A stretch of DNA of 64,000 bases, taken from NCBI GenBank assembly GCA_965224245.1, contig OZ245046.1, positions 1,600,001-1,664,000 on the forward strand. The letters run 5' to 3'. The position numbers and the translations under genes are program-made. The stretch comes from Candidatus Eiseniibacteriota bacterium (GTDB taxonomy: Bacteria; Eisenbacteria; RBG-16-71-46; CAZAMP01). Positions 9,381 through 19,354 of this stretch are shown here, piece after piece. The notes below the pieces were generated by a model. It worked only from the letters and a program-made list of their open reading frames with translations. It had not been told where the DNA came from and ran no database searches. Position 1 is the stretch's first letter, and every line of letters starts with the position of its first letter.

Positions 9381-10246
9381 CCGTCCACGACGCACCACGA
9401 CCCGTCGACGCGTCGTTCGCCCGGCCTGCGACACGAACCCTCGTTCAGGGGGCCGTGCTGCTGGTGCTGATGGTGGCGATCTACCGCACGACGTTCGTGA
9501 CGCTGTGGAACGTCTGGATGGACAACCCCAACTACTCGCACGGCGTCCTGATGCCGCTGGTGTCGGGGTTTCTGGTCTGGCTCCGACGCCACGAGCTCAT
9601 GCGCCTGCCGTCGTCGCCGTCGTCGTGGGGGCTCGTGGTCATCGTGGCCGCGCTCGGGCTGCAGCTCGCGGGTCTCCGGGGCGACGTGCTGATCTTCCAG
9701 GGCGACTCGTTCGTGCTTCTGCTCGGTGGGCTCGTCCTCCACTTCGGCGGGTGGGCGTGGGCGCGCGTGTTTGCCTTTCCCGTCGGGTATCTCCTGTTCA
9801 TGGTCCCGTTTCTCCCGATCTTCGAGACGCAGGTCAGCTTCCGCCTGAGGCAGCTCGCCGCGTCCGGCGCGATCCGGATCAGCGACGCGCTCGGGGTGCT
9901 TGTACACAAGCCGGGCGCCGGGACGATCCTCTACCTGCAGGACGGGGGACAGCTGGAGGTCGCCAACGCGTGCAGCGGCATGCAATCGCTGATCTCGCTC
10001 CTGGCCCTGGGAGCCCTCTTCGCGTACTTCGCCAGGGTGGGCCCGGTTCGCCGGATGCTCCTGTTCCTGGCGTCGGTCCCGATCGCGCTGGGTGTGAACG
10101 TCCTCCGGATCACGTCGCTGTGCGTGGTGGGGACGGCGGCCGGCGTCGAGACGGCGACCGGTCTCTTCCACGACGTGATCGGGTTCGTGCTGTTCGGAAT
10201 CGCGTTCGTCACGCTCCTCATGGTCAGGAGGGTGCTGCGATGCTGA
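9377..10246 (+). CDS. xrt: Exosortase (EpsH/Xrt family)
   Basis: ATGA overlap with wzc. NPNYSHG. Catalytic Cys (VANACSG), Arg (NVLRI) and His (FHD). Multiple TM helices. Confidence 0.92.
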   Translation: MTVHDAPRPVDASFARPATRTLVQGAVLLVLMVAIYRTTFVTLWNVWMDNPNYSHGVLMPLVSGFLVWLRRHELMRLPSSPSSWGLVVIVAALGLQLAGLRGDVLIFQGDSFVLLLGGLVLHFGGWAWARVFAFPVGYLLFMVPFLPIFETQVSFRLRQLAASGAIRISDALGVLVHKPGAGTILYLQDGGQLEVANACSGMQSLISLLALGALFAYFARVGPVRRMLLFLASVPIALGVNVLRITSLCVVGTAAGVETATGLFHDVIGFVLFGIAFVTLLMVRRVLRC

Positions 10247-10908
10247 GGGGTAGCTTTCTCGCGGTGGCCGCGCTGTTCGTCCTGACCGCCGCCGCCGTGA
10301 ACCTCACGCGGCCACGCGCACTCGGCCGGAGCGACCTCGCGTCGTGCCCGACGTCCATCGCCGGCTTCACCGGTCGCGACACCGAGATACGCCAGGCCGT
10401 TCTGGAAGAGCTCGATCCCACCGAGATGATCGTTCGCGAGTACACCGGTGACCACCTATACGACACCGTGTGGCTGGTGATCGAGTACTTCGAGAACGCG
10501 CGCTACGGCGCGCACGATCCCGAGGTTTGCTACATCTCCCAGGGATGGGAGATTCTCGACGAGCCGTCGATGATGCTGTCGCGTCCCGACGGAATCGCCC
10601 CGCTGGAAGCCCGGGTCTTCCGGGTACGGCGGCCGGGCGGCGACCGTCTCGTGGCCTACTGGTGGTTCATCGACGGCGACCAGGCCATGACGGACCAGAG
10701 GCGTTTTCTCGACACCATGGCGATCCAGGGGATCCTGAAAGGATCCAGCTACGGCACCTTCGTGCGCGTGTCGACGCGCGCCTGGCCCGGTGACGACGAG
10801 GCCCGCTTGCGGCTCGGGACGTTCGCACAGGAGGTACTGGACGTGCTCCCGTCTCTGTACGACGACGTCGGCGCGCAGACGCCCGAAGGGGAGGATCCCA
10901 GAGGATGA
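10240..10908 (+). CDS. epsI: EpsI family protein (exosortase-associated, DUF3485)
   Basis: HDPEVCYISQGW motif, LVAYWW, GTFVRVS; directly after the exosortase. Confidence 0.85.
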   Translation: MLRGSFLAVAALFVLTAAAVNLTRPRALGRSDLASCPTSIAGFTGRDTEIRQAVLEELDPTEMIVREYTGDHLYDTVWLVIEYFENARYGAHDPEVCYISQGWEILDEPSMMLSRPDGIAPLEARVFRVRRPGGDRLVAYWWFIDGDQAMTDQRRFLDTMAIQGILKGSSYGTFVRVSTRAWPGDDEARLRLGTFAQEVLDVLPSLYDDVGAQTPEGEDPRG

Positions 10909-11723
10909 TGAACCAGCTCAATCTCGCGTTGCTGGCGCTGCTGGAGGGCGTGAAGAGCTTCTTCGAGATGCGGCTGTGGGGCCCCCTGGTGCTCCTCGTG
11001 GCGGCCCAGCTGGTGCTGGTGCTCGCCCTGGTGAGCTGGCACCAGCCCGGGCTGGTGACCGTCATGGCGCCGTTGATCCGGGCGATGACGGGGGAGGTCG
11101 GCCTGCACTATCCGCAGTTCTATCTGGCGCTCTCGTCGATCTTCTCGCTGACCAGCCCGGTGGTGAACTTCTTCCTGGGCGCGTACCTGTGGGGCGTGGC
11201 GGTGGTGCTGGTGGCGAATCACTTCGAGAGCACCGGGCAACGGCCGTGGGGGCTGGCGCGGGCGCGCTACGGGCATCTCCTAGTGGCCGAGGTGCCCGCG
11301 ATCGTGCTCCTGACCGTGTTCTACGCCGCGTCGCGCAGCCTGTTGGGGATGGATCTCGGGGGGAACAAGCTCCGTGCGGTGCTGTACGGGCTGCCGATGG
11401 TGTTCGTGTTCTTCCAGTCGGCGTTCCTGATGGCGCCGATGTACGTGCTGTTCGACCGTCTGGACGGCGCGAGGGCCCTCGGACGGAGCATCGCGTTCTG
11501 GCGGCGCAACATCCCGGCGCTGTTCATCATCATGATCGTGCCGCAGGCGCTGCACTTCCCGTCGCAGTGGGTGTTTCGCCACAACGTCAGCGTGGTCTCG
11601 CGGTTCTCGCCCGAGACGCTCGGGTTCGTGCTGGCCGGTGACGTCGTCTTCTATCTGTTCACGTACTTCCTGCTCGTGGTGGCAGCCACGGTGACGTACT
11701 TCGCCAGACGGAGGGCCGTGTGA
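10905..11723 (+). CDS. Polytopic membrane protein of unknown function
   Basis: About 6 hydrophobic helices; translationally coupled on both sides. Confidence 0.7.
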   Translation: MMNQLNLALLALLEGVKSFFEMRLWGPLVLLVAAQLVLVLALVSWHQPGLVTVMAPLIRAMTGEVGLHYPQFYLALSSIFSLTSPVVNFFLGAYLWGVAVVLVANHFESTGQRPWGLARARYGHLLVAEVPAIVLLTVFYAASRSLLGMDLGGNKLRAVLYGLPMVFVFFQSAFLMAPMYVLFDRLDGARALGRSIAFWRRNIPALFIIMIVPQALHFPSQWVFRHNVSVVSRFSPETLGFVLAGDVVFYLFTYFLLVVAATVTYFARRRAV

Positions 11724-13216
11724 ACGCCAGACCCACGCTCCTCGCGGCGCTCTCGATCCTCGTGCTCGGCTGTGGAGACGACGATCTGGGGCTTCGGTAT
11801 CGGGCCGAGCGCGACCTCTACGGAGCGCGACGCGAGATCCGCCGCCTCACGAGCAACCCCGACGCCGCCGGCGCGATGCAGCAGCTGGCGATCGCGGACA
11901 ACTTCGTCCGTGTCGGTAATCGGTATCGAGACGTCGGCAGGGACGATCCGAGCCCGAGCGAGGCCACGCGATCGACGCGACGCATCGCCGCCAACGCATT
12001 GCTCCTGGCCACCGAGCACTACGCGGCCGCCGGCGAGCTCGATCGGGCGATGGAGATCGTCCTGGACGTCAGGACGTCGTGGCAAGACGACCCGTCGATC
12101 GCGATGGCGGCCCAGACTCAGCTCGTCGAGTTCCTGCAGCGCAACGGGGATCCCGACGAGGTGCTGGCCGCGCTGTGGGATCTGGCCGCGTACCCGCCGG
12201 TGAGCCCGGAAGGCGCGGTTCGACATCCCGTCTTCAACGCCCCGATGGTCGCGGTGCGGGTGGCCGGCGCCGACGGATCCCGCGCACCGGTGGCCGAGGT
12301 GCGCGCGCGCGCGATCGGCTTCTACGAGGACATCCACGGGTCCTGGACCCGTCGTACGCCGGCGCTCCTGGCCGACCTCCATCGTTCGACGCTCCTGGAA
12401 GGGCGCGGCGAGTGGCGCGCGGCCGGACGGCTCCTGGAGAACGCGCTCGAAGCGTATCCGGACTCGGTGCTCGCGGCGCAGGACGCCGCGTCGATCGCGT
12501 TCCGGACCGCGCGCATCTATCTGCGGGATCGGCGCGATCCGGAGGCGGCCACGCGGATGTTGAACCGGACCCGTGCGATCGATCCCGAGAGCGGTGCGGC
12601 CGGAGATGCGACGATGGGACTGGCGGCGCTGGCCTACGAGACGGGCGATCCCGCCCGGGCCATCGCGCTCTATCGAGAGGTCGTGGAGTCACGACGCTTC
12701 GACAAGGAGCGGGCCCCGGTCGCGCAGTTCAGCCTGGCGCGCGTTCTCCAGGCCGAGGGGCGCTGGGAAGAGGCGCTGACGGCGTATCAGGCCTGCCGGG
12801 CGTCGTACCCGAAGACTCCCGAGGGGCTCGAGGTGCCGTTCGTGATCGCCGCGCACCACGTGACGCTCGGAGAGCCGGAGACCGCCCGCGCCGAGCTGGC
12901 CCGGGCGTCGATCGAGTTCCGCAACGTGATCGACACGTTTCCGGGCACCGTGGAGGCCTTCACGGCTTACCGCTACCTGACGCGGGCCTTGCTCGAGCAG
13001 GAGGACTGGTCGGGAGCCGTCCTGACGATGCGCGAGTTCGCCGAGGCGTTTCCGAACCGGGAGGAGGCGCCGGTCGCATTGCTGGAGGCGGCGTCGGTGA
13101 CCCGCTCGAACCTCGAGGACGCCACGGGGAGCGACGCGATCCTCGGCTTGATCGAGGAGCGCTATCCGAACACGCGGTTCGCCGCCGAGGCGCGACGACT
13201 TCGCGAGCAGGGCTGA
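11720..13216 (+). CDS. TPR-repeat lipoprotein (possible PrsT analogue)
   Basis: Lipobox LVLG-C, tandem TPR-like helices (A.F.LA...G.W.EAL..Y....YP); immediately upstream of prsK. Confidence 0.75.
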   Translation: MNARPTLLAALSILVLGCGDDDLGLRYRAERDLYGARREIRRLTSNPDAAGAMQQLAIADNFVRVGNRYRDVGRDDPSPSEATRSTRRIAANALLLATEHYAAAGELDRAMEIVLDVRTSWQDDPSIAMAAQTQLVEFLQRNGDPDEVLAALWDLAAYPPVSPEGAVRHPVFNAPMVAVRVAGADGSRAPVAEVRARAIGFYEDIHGSWTRRTPALLADLHRSTLLEGRGEWRAAGRLLENALEAYPDSVLAAQDAASIAFRTARIYLRDRRDPEAATRMLNRTRAIDPESGAAGDATMGLAALAYETGDPARAIALYREVVESRRFDKERAPVAQFSLARVLQAEGRWEEALTAYQACRASYPKTPEGLEVPFVIAAHHVTLGEPETARAELARASIEFRNVIDTFPGTVEAFTAYRYLTRALLEQEDWSGAVLTMREFAEAFPNREEAPVALLEAASVTRSNLEDATGSDAILGLIEERYPNTRFAAEARRLREQG

Positions 13217-13291
13217 GCCGCCCGGTTGAACCCGCCGCCGCGCGGCGAGCGTCCTGCCGACGCTCGTGGCCGGTGGCACGGAGTGAGTGGG

Positions 13292-15430
13292 ATGGGTGAT
13301 CAGGCACCACAGCTGTTGATCAGCATCGGGGGCAGCGTCGTGGCCATGGGCGTCCTCGCCTGGAAGACACGACGGCGTCCCGAGCGTGCGCTGATCCTGG
13401 CCAGCATGGCGACGTACGTTCTGGTGCTCGTCACGCTGCTCCGGGTCGCGGTGGGAGGGCCGGACGAGACGCGCGACGCCACTCGCGGGCTGTTCCTCCT
13501 GTGCGCACTGGGAGCGATCCCCTGGATGGCGCTGGCGAGCGTGATCCAGTCCGGTCGCTCGTGGCCGGCGCTGCGCGGTCAGGGGGCGTTCGTGGCGGCG
13601 ATGTCGGCGGTGGGAATCGCGCTGGCCACCCTGTGGCGGTCGGATCTCGTGTTCACCGACATCGTGCGCGCCGACGGCCACACGTCGATCCTGCTGGGGA
13701 TCGGCGGCCGACTCGTGATCGTGTACCTGACCGCCGTGGCCGCATACGTTCTCACGCAGGTCGAGATGCTGCTCCGGGCGTCGCTACGAATCGACGACCG
13801 CGGGCCACGGCTTGGGGTGACGCTGGCTGGACTGACGATCATGGTCTACGTGTACGTCAGCACCGAGGCATTCCTGTTCGGTCGACTCTGGGTTCCGAGC
13901 CTGATCACCGCCACCGTACCTGCGACGGTCACCTGGATCGTGGGCGCCGCCATCGGACTGCGTCGCTCCCTGGACGACATGCGGGTGCCGCTGGGACGCG
14001 GGGTCGTGTACTCCTCGTTCACGCTGTTCGTGCTCGGGCTCATGATGATCTTCCTCGGTCTCTTCGCCCGTGCGGCCGAGGCGGCCGGGCTGGGGGTGGG
14101 ACGCACGTTCGCGGCGGTGGTGGCGACGATCGGCGTCGTCACCGCGATCGCGTTGTGGATCTCACCGGCCTGGAAGCGCCGCGTCGCGATGTTCATCGAT
14201 GAGAACTTCTACGCGAACCGACACGACTATCGCCGCGAGTGGCAACGTGTTGCCCGGTCGGTTCGTCCGACTCCGGATCGGCGATACATGGTCGAGGAGA
14301 TCGGCGGCACGGTCTCGGAGATCTTCGACACCGGTGGCGTCTACGTGGCCATCCTGAACCGGACCGTCCAGCGCCACCACGTCCACGACGCGTCGGGAGC
14401 GCTGGTCCCCGGGTTCACGATCGCGGCCGACGGGGAGCTGGCCGACCTCCTCTTGGAGCGGCGCGACGTCCTCGTCATCTCCGAGCGCACGAGCGACCTG
14501 GATCTCATCGCTCCCCTGATGGAGAACGACGCCGATCTGTCCCGGACCGGGATCGAGGTCATCGTCCCGATGATCTCGGGAGACACGCTGTGCGGCATGC
14601 TGCTCTTGACCGCGGCGAAGTCCGGCGCGCCGTACTCTCCGGAAGACCTGAGCCTGATGTCCGTGATCGGCGCCGAGCTGGCCAACACCGTCCACGGTCA
14701 CCTGCTGCTTCGCGAGGTCGAGGAGCGTCGCGACGGAGAGACGTTGATGAAGCTCTCGGCCTTCGTGCTCCACGACCTGAAGAACTGCGTCACCGCGATC
14801 CGCGGGCTGGGTGAGTCCGCCGAGGAACATCTGGACGATCCCGAGTTCCGGCGCGATCTGGTCGCATCCCTGGCGGCGACCGGAGACCGGATGGGCGCGC
14901 TGATGGACCGCCTGGGCCAGGTGCGGTCCGCGTCGCGACCGTGGCCGTCGCGGAAGACCGACTCGATCGTGCTCGACGACGTGGTCTCGCAGGCGATGGA
15001 GGAGGCCGCGGACGCGCTGGCCGAGACGAGCGTGGTGCACCACGTGGATCGCGCGTGGCGCGTGAACGGCGATCGCGAGCAGCTCGTCCAGGTGTTCGTG
15101 AACCTCGTGCGAAACGCCTCCGACGCGATGCGGGGCACGGATCGGCGCCTGCGACTCGTCTCGCGCGCCGTCGACGACGGCATGGTCGCCGTAGACGTCA
15201 TCGACACCGGATGCGGGATGACGGACGAGTTCATCGCCGAGTCGCTCTTCCGGCCCTTCGCCACCACGAAGTCCCGGGGGCTGGGGATCGGGCTCTACCA
15301 GTGCAAGAACATCGTGGACGATCACGGGGGACGCATTCAGGTCCGGAGCGAGGCGGGCTCGGGGACCTGCGTGTCGGTACACCTGCCGGCGGTGCGCGAA
15401 GGGAGGCTCGCGTGCGAAACCGTCTCCTAG
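13292..15430 (+). CDS. prsK: PrsK-like membrane sensor histidine kinase (exosortase system)
   Basis: Multi-TM N-terminus, FIDENFYANRHDYRREW (PrsK-type), GAF-like domain, H-box SAFVLHDLKN, NLVRNA, DTGCGM, LFRPFATTK..GLGIGLYQ. Confidence 0.85.
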   Translation: MGDQAPQLLISIGGSVVAMGVLAWKTRRRPERALILASMATYVLVLVTLLRVAVGGPDETRDATRGLFLLCALGAIPWMALASVIQSGRSWPALRGQGAFVAAMSAVGIALATLWRSDLVFTDIVRADGHTSILLGIGGRLVIVYLTAVAAYVLTQVEMLLRASLRIDDRGPRLGVTLAGLTIMVYVYVSTEAFLFGRLWVPSLITATVPATVTWIVGAAIGLRRSLDDMRVPLGRGVVYSSFTLFVLGLMMIFLGLFARAAEAAGLGVGRTFAAVVATIGVVTAIALWISPAWKRRVAMFIDENFYANRHDYRREWQRVARSVRPTPDRRYMVEEIGGTVSEIFDTGGVYVAILNRTVQRHHVHDASGALVPGFTIAADGELADLLLERRDVLVISERTSDLDLIAPLMENDADLSRTGIEVIVPMISGDTLCGMLLLTAAKSGAPYSPEDLSLMSVIGAELANTVHGHLLLREVEERRDGETLMKLSAFVLHDLKNCVTAIRGLGESAEEHLDDPEFRRDLVASLAATGDRMGALMDRLGQVRSASRPWPSRKTDSIVLDDVVSQAMEEAADALAETSVVHHVDRAWRVNGDREQLVQVFVNLVRNASDAMRGTDRRLRLVSRAVDDGMVAVDVIDTGCGMTDEFIAESLFRPFATTKSRGLGIGLYQCKNIVDDHGGRIQVRSEAGSGTCVSVHLPAVREGRLACETVS

Positions 15431-16671
15431 TCGTCGACGACGACCTGGCCGTGCGCAAGCAGCTTCGCTGGGGGCTCGCCTCGGCATTCGACGTGACCGA
15501 GGCGGCGACGGCCGATGAAGCGATGACCGCGTTCCGGGAGGTCGGCCCGGCCGTGGTGACGCTGGACGTGTGCCTGGACGAGGCCCCGGGCACCCCCGAC
15601 GGCATGTCGCTCCTGCGCGAGATGCTGCGCCTCGATCCCTCGGTGAAGGTGGTCATGGTCACCGCCGACGGCGACGAGCACAACGCGACGCGCGCCCTCG
15701 AGATCGGGGCGTGGGACTACTACGTGAAGCCGATCGAGACGAAGGAGCTGTCGGTCATCGCGCTTCGCGCCGCACACATCCGGCGTCTCCAGGGCGTCCG
15801 CGGCCCCCGGACCGAGTACGCGATCGATCCCCTCGACTTTTCCACGTGGCTGGGCGACTCCACCGTGGCGCGGCGTGTCCAGGCACTCCTCACGTCGCTG
15901 GCGCCGCTCTCGACGCCGGTGATGCTCCTCGGGGAGCCGGGCACCGGTCGGGACCTGGCGGCGCAGGCGTTGGCCGCGCTGAGCGGCGACGCGAGCCCGA
16001 TGATGGTGGAGGGCCGATCGGCCACGCTCGAACGGCGCTCTCCGGATGCGACGCGGCCGCTGTACGTCGACGGCGTACACGAGCTCTCGGCCGCGGATCA
16101 GACGCGACTGGCCGAGTGGATGCAACGGGGCGAGATCGGGCGCCTGATCGTGTCGGCCTTCACCGACGTGGGACACCTGGCCGCACGGGGTCGGCTGGAC
16201 CGGGGTCTCTTCCACGAGCTGGCGACCGCGACCATCGTGTTGCCGCCGCTGAGGGAGCGACCGGACGACGTGGGCACGATCGCCGACCGGCTGGTCTCGA
16301 CCTATGCGCGCCGATTCCGGGACGGCACCGCCGAGCTGTCGCCCGAGGCGCGGGTGGCCCTGATCCGCCACCGCTGGCCCGGCAATCTCCGTGAGCTGGA
16401 GCGCCGCCTCCTGGGAGCGGTTCTGACATCCAGGTCCGATCTCATCCAGGAGGAGGATCTCTGGCCCTCCGAACGACCGACCTCGTCCGGATCGCTCAAG
16501 GCCAACATCTCCGAGCTCGAGCGAACCCTGGTCGAGCAGGCCCTGATCGACTCGAACGGAAACGTCTCGCAGGCCGCCCGGGAGCTGGACGTGAGTCGGC
16601 CGACCTTGCACGCGCTTCTGCGCAAGCACGGGATCGATCCCAAGCCGTACCGCGAAGCGGCGGGGGCCTGA
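15412..16671 (+). CDS. prsR: PrsR-like response regulator (REC + degenerate AAA+ + Fis HTH)
   Basis: LLVVDDD..VRKQLRW, VVTLD (PrsR-type REC), GEPGTGR, LPPLRER, WPGNLREL, NVSQAARELDVSRPTL. The GAFTGA loop is absent. Confidence 0.8.
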   Translation: MRNRLLVVDDDLAVRKQLRWGLASAFDVTEAATADEAMTAFREVGPAVVTLDVCLDEAPGTPDGMSLLREMLRLDPSVKVVMVTADGDEHNATRALEIGAWDYYVKPIETKELSVIALRAAHIRRLQGVRGPRTEYAIDPLDFSTWLGDSTVARRVQALLTSLAPLSTPVMLLGEPGTGRDLAAQALAALSGDASPMMVEGRSATLERRSPDATRPLYVDGVHELSAADQTRLAEWMQRGEIGRLIVSAFTDVGHLAARGRLDRGLFHELATATIVLPPLRERPDDVGTIADRLVSTYARRFRDGTAELSPEARVALIRHRWPGNLRELERRLLGAVLTSRSDLIQEEDLWPSERPTSSGSLKANISELERTLVEQALIDSNGNVSQAARELDVSRPTLHALLRKHGIDPKPYREAAGA

Positions 16672-16679
16672 GGAGCAAC

Positions 16680-18095
16680 ATGGCCTCACACCTGGATCGC
16701 TATCACGACACGACGCTCGCCCAGAAGGCGCTGCTCGTCCTGGTCGCCGTGGTGCTGGGTCTCGTCGCGGCCACGCTGGCGCTGACCTTTCAGGTGAAGA
16801 TCGTCATCGGTCTCATCGCCGGGCTGTGTTTCGGTGCCCTAATCCTGTTGAAGCCCCTCGTCGGCATGGTGTTCCTCCTGATCACGATGCCGGTGCTCGA
16901 GATCTTCCCGTCCGACTTCTTCGGGTCGGGGCTCTTGAACCCGACGAACTTGATTCTGGCCACGATCACGGTCTCGGTCACGCTCTATCGGACGTTCGTG
17001 CTGAAGATCGGCATCTCCAGGCGAAGCTGGGTGGCTCCGATCCTCGTGTACGGGATCGTGCTCACGTTCTCGATTGGGTTGAACCTGATCAAGGGAGAGG
17101 CCTCGGTGGCGGCGGTGGCCGGGCTCACGCGAACCTATCTGAACGGGGCGTACCTGTACTTCCTGACCACCAACTGCATCGAGAGCGAGCGGGATGCCCG
17201 TTACATCTTCTACACCGTGCTGTTCACGGTCATCTTCGTGGCGCTGTGGGGGCTGTTCGAGTATCGAAACGACATCCTCGCCGGCATGGCTTCCTCGCGC
17301 GTCCGGATCAGTGGCCGCGTGGGTCAGCCGAACTCGTTCGGGGCGTTTCTGTGCTACTACCTGCCGTTCCTGATCGGCGCGCTCCGCGTCCGGAACGTGC
17401 CCAGGCTCTGGCGGCTCTACGCGCTGGGGGGGACGGTGGCCGTGCTCTTCGCCCTCATGTTCACCCAGTCGCGGGGCGCCTACCTGGGGCTCGTGTGTTC
17501 GCTCGTGTTTCTCGCGGTGGCGGTCAATCGGCGACTGCTCCTGGTGATGCTGGTGGCCGGGCTCCTGCATCCGCTGTGGCTCCCTTCGCAGGTGGTCGAG
17601 CGGATCCAGTACACGTTCGATGGCCAGGGTGCGTACGGCGTGGACAGCTCCTCGGAGTCGCGTATCAAGTTCTACAAGGCGGGCGTCCGGCTCTGGACCG
17701 AGAGTCCGGTCTGGGGTCACGGGTTCGGTGGCTTCTCACGCATGTCGGCCGAGAGAGGAATCACCGAGACGCGCCGCGCCGCACACAGCCTCTACATCCA
17801 GATGCTGGTGGACACGGGGCTGGTGGGGCTGACCGCCATCTTCTACATGTGGGGACATCTCTGGCGCCGGTCGTGGCGCCTGTGGAAGACGGCGACGGAT
17901 CCGTCTCGGAGAATCTTCGGCGAGTGCTTTCTCGCGTGCCTGGTGGCCATCGTGATGGTCAACATCTTCGGCATCCGTTTCTACAATTTCATGGAGATCG
18001 GGTACTTCTGGGCGCTGTGCGCGGTGCTGGTCTTCTACACCGAGCCGGCCCGCGACCGGATTCGTGCCGGGAGCGAGGCGAGGAGAGCCGCGTGA
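16680..18095 (+). CDS. wzy: O-antigen ligase / Wzy polymerase family protein
   Basis: Many TM helices, GQPNSFG, TQSRGAYLG, SSESR...PVWGHGFG, AHSLYIQMLVDTGLVG. Confidence 0.85.
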   Translation: MASHLDRYHDTTLAQKALLVLVAVVLGLVAATLALTFQVKIVIGLIAGLCFGALILLKPLVGMVFLLITMPVLEIFPSDFFGSGLLNPTNLILATITVSVTLYRTFVLKIGISRRSWVAPILVYGIVLTFSIGLNLIKGEASVAAVAGLTRTYLNGAYLYFLTTNCIESERDARYIFYTVLFTVIFVALWGLFEYRNDILAGMASSRVRISGRVGQPNSFGAFLCYYLPFLIGALRVRNVPRLWRLYALGGTVAVLFALMFTQSRGAYLGLVCSLVFLAVAVNRRLLLVMLVAGLLHPLWLPSQVVERIQYTFDGQGAYGVDSSSESRIKFYKAGVRLWTESPVWGHGFGGFSRMSAERGITETRRAAHSLYIQMLVDTGLVGLTAIFYMWGHLWRRSWRLWKTATDPSRRIFGECFLACLVAIVMVNIFGIRFYNFMEIGYFWALCAVLVFYTEPARDRIRAGSEARRAA

Positions 18096-19354
18096 GAATC
18101 CTCTACCTGGCTCAATTCTTCAATCGTCCCGACGAGGCCGGGGCCGGGCGACACTACGCGTTCGCCAGCGAATGGGTACGCCGGGGGCACGACGTCACCG
18201 TGATCACCGGGCAGCAGAACTACCGCACCGGCGCGACGCGACGCGCGAGCCTGCGCCCGTACGTCGAGACCGTGGACGGCGTCCGGGTCGTTCGGACCTA
18301 CGTGTACACCGGCTACCGGGGCAGCTTCCGCCGCCGGTACCTGAACTTCGCGTCGTTCACCGCCTCGTCGGTGGTGGCGGCGCTCTCGGAGCGCCGCCCC
18401 GACGTGGTCTTCGCATCGTCGCCGCCGTTGACGGTGGGCGTGGCCGGGGAGTGGGTTTCCCGGCTCAGGCGGGTGCCGCTCGTGGCCGACATCCGCGACC
18501 TGTGGCCGGAATCGGCGGTCGCCCTCGGCGTCGTCTCCGATGGTCGCTTCGTGCGCCTCGCGTCCGGGACGGCCCGCCGGGTCTACCGGCGGGCGTCGCG
18601 CGTGGTCGGGGTCACCGGTGGCATCGTCGAGGGCCTGGTGGCCGCGGGGGTGCCGGAGGGCAAGATCGTCAAGATCACCAACGGCGTGGACGTCGGCCTG
18701 TACGAGTCACCGGCGGCGCCGGATTCACTGCGCACGGAGCTGGGACTGGACGATCGCTTTCTATGCGTCTACGTGGGGGGAATGGGCATTCTCCACGACG
18801 TGGGGACGGTCGTCGAGGCTGCGGCGCGGCTCCGGGACGTCCCCGTTCATTTCCTCCTGATCGGACAGGGTGACGACCGCCCACGCCTCGAGGCCCGGCT
18901 GGATCGGGAGGGCATCACGAACGTGACGTTCCGCGATCCGATCCCCAAGGAGCGCGTGCCGGGGGTCATCGCGAGCGCCGATTGCGCGGTCTACTCGCTC
19001 AGGGACGATCCGTTCTTCCGGGGGACCTTTCCCAACAAGAACTTCGACTATCTGGCCGCGGCGTGCCCGGTGGTGCTGGCGGTCGAGGGGGAGTCGGCCG
19101 AGCTCGTCCGCGCCGCGGGGGCGGGATTCGTCACGCCGCCGGGATCGGGAGCGGGGCTCGCCGAGGGGATTCGCCGGATGCTGGCGCTGCGGCCCGCCGA
19201 GCGCCAGCAGATGGGTGAGCGTGGGCGGGCGCACGTTCTGGCCAACTACCGTCGCGTGGATCTGGCGGCGAGGCTCGAGACGATCCTCCAGGACGTCGTG
19301 GGCGATCGCACGGTCGATCCGGGACGCGAGGACGGAAGACGAGGGGTTGCATGA
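18092..19354 (+). CDS. Glycosyltransferase family 4 (WbuB/CapI-like)
   Basis: RILYLAQFF, GHDVTVIT, NFASF, ASSPPLTV, IRDLWPES, ITNGVD, FPNKNFDYLAAACPV. Confidence 0.88.
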   Translation: MRILYLAQFFNRPDEAGAGRHYAFASEWVRRGHDVTVITGQQNYRTGATRRASLRPYVETVDGVRVVRTYVYTGYRGSFRRRYLNFASFTASSVVAALSERRPDVVFASSPPLTVGVAGEWVSRLRRVPLVADIRDLWPESAVALGVVSDGRFVRLASGTARRVYRRASRVVGVTGGIVEGLVAAGVPEGKIVKITNGVDVGLYESPAAPDSLRTELGLDDRFLCVYVGGMGILHDVGTVVEAAARLRDVPVHFLLIGQGDDRPRLEARLDREGITNVTFRDPIPKERVPGVIASADCAVYSLRDDPFFRGTFPNKNFDYLAAACPVVLAVEGESAELVRAAGAGFVTPPGSGAGLAEGIRRMLALRPAERQQMGERGRAHVLANYRRVDLAARLETILQDVVGDRTVDPGREDGRRGVA

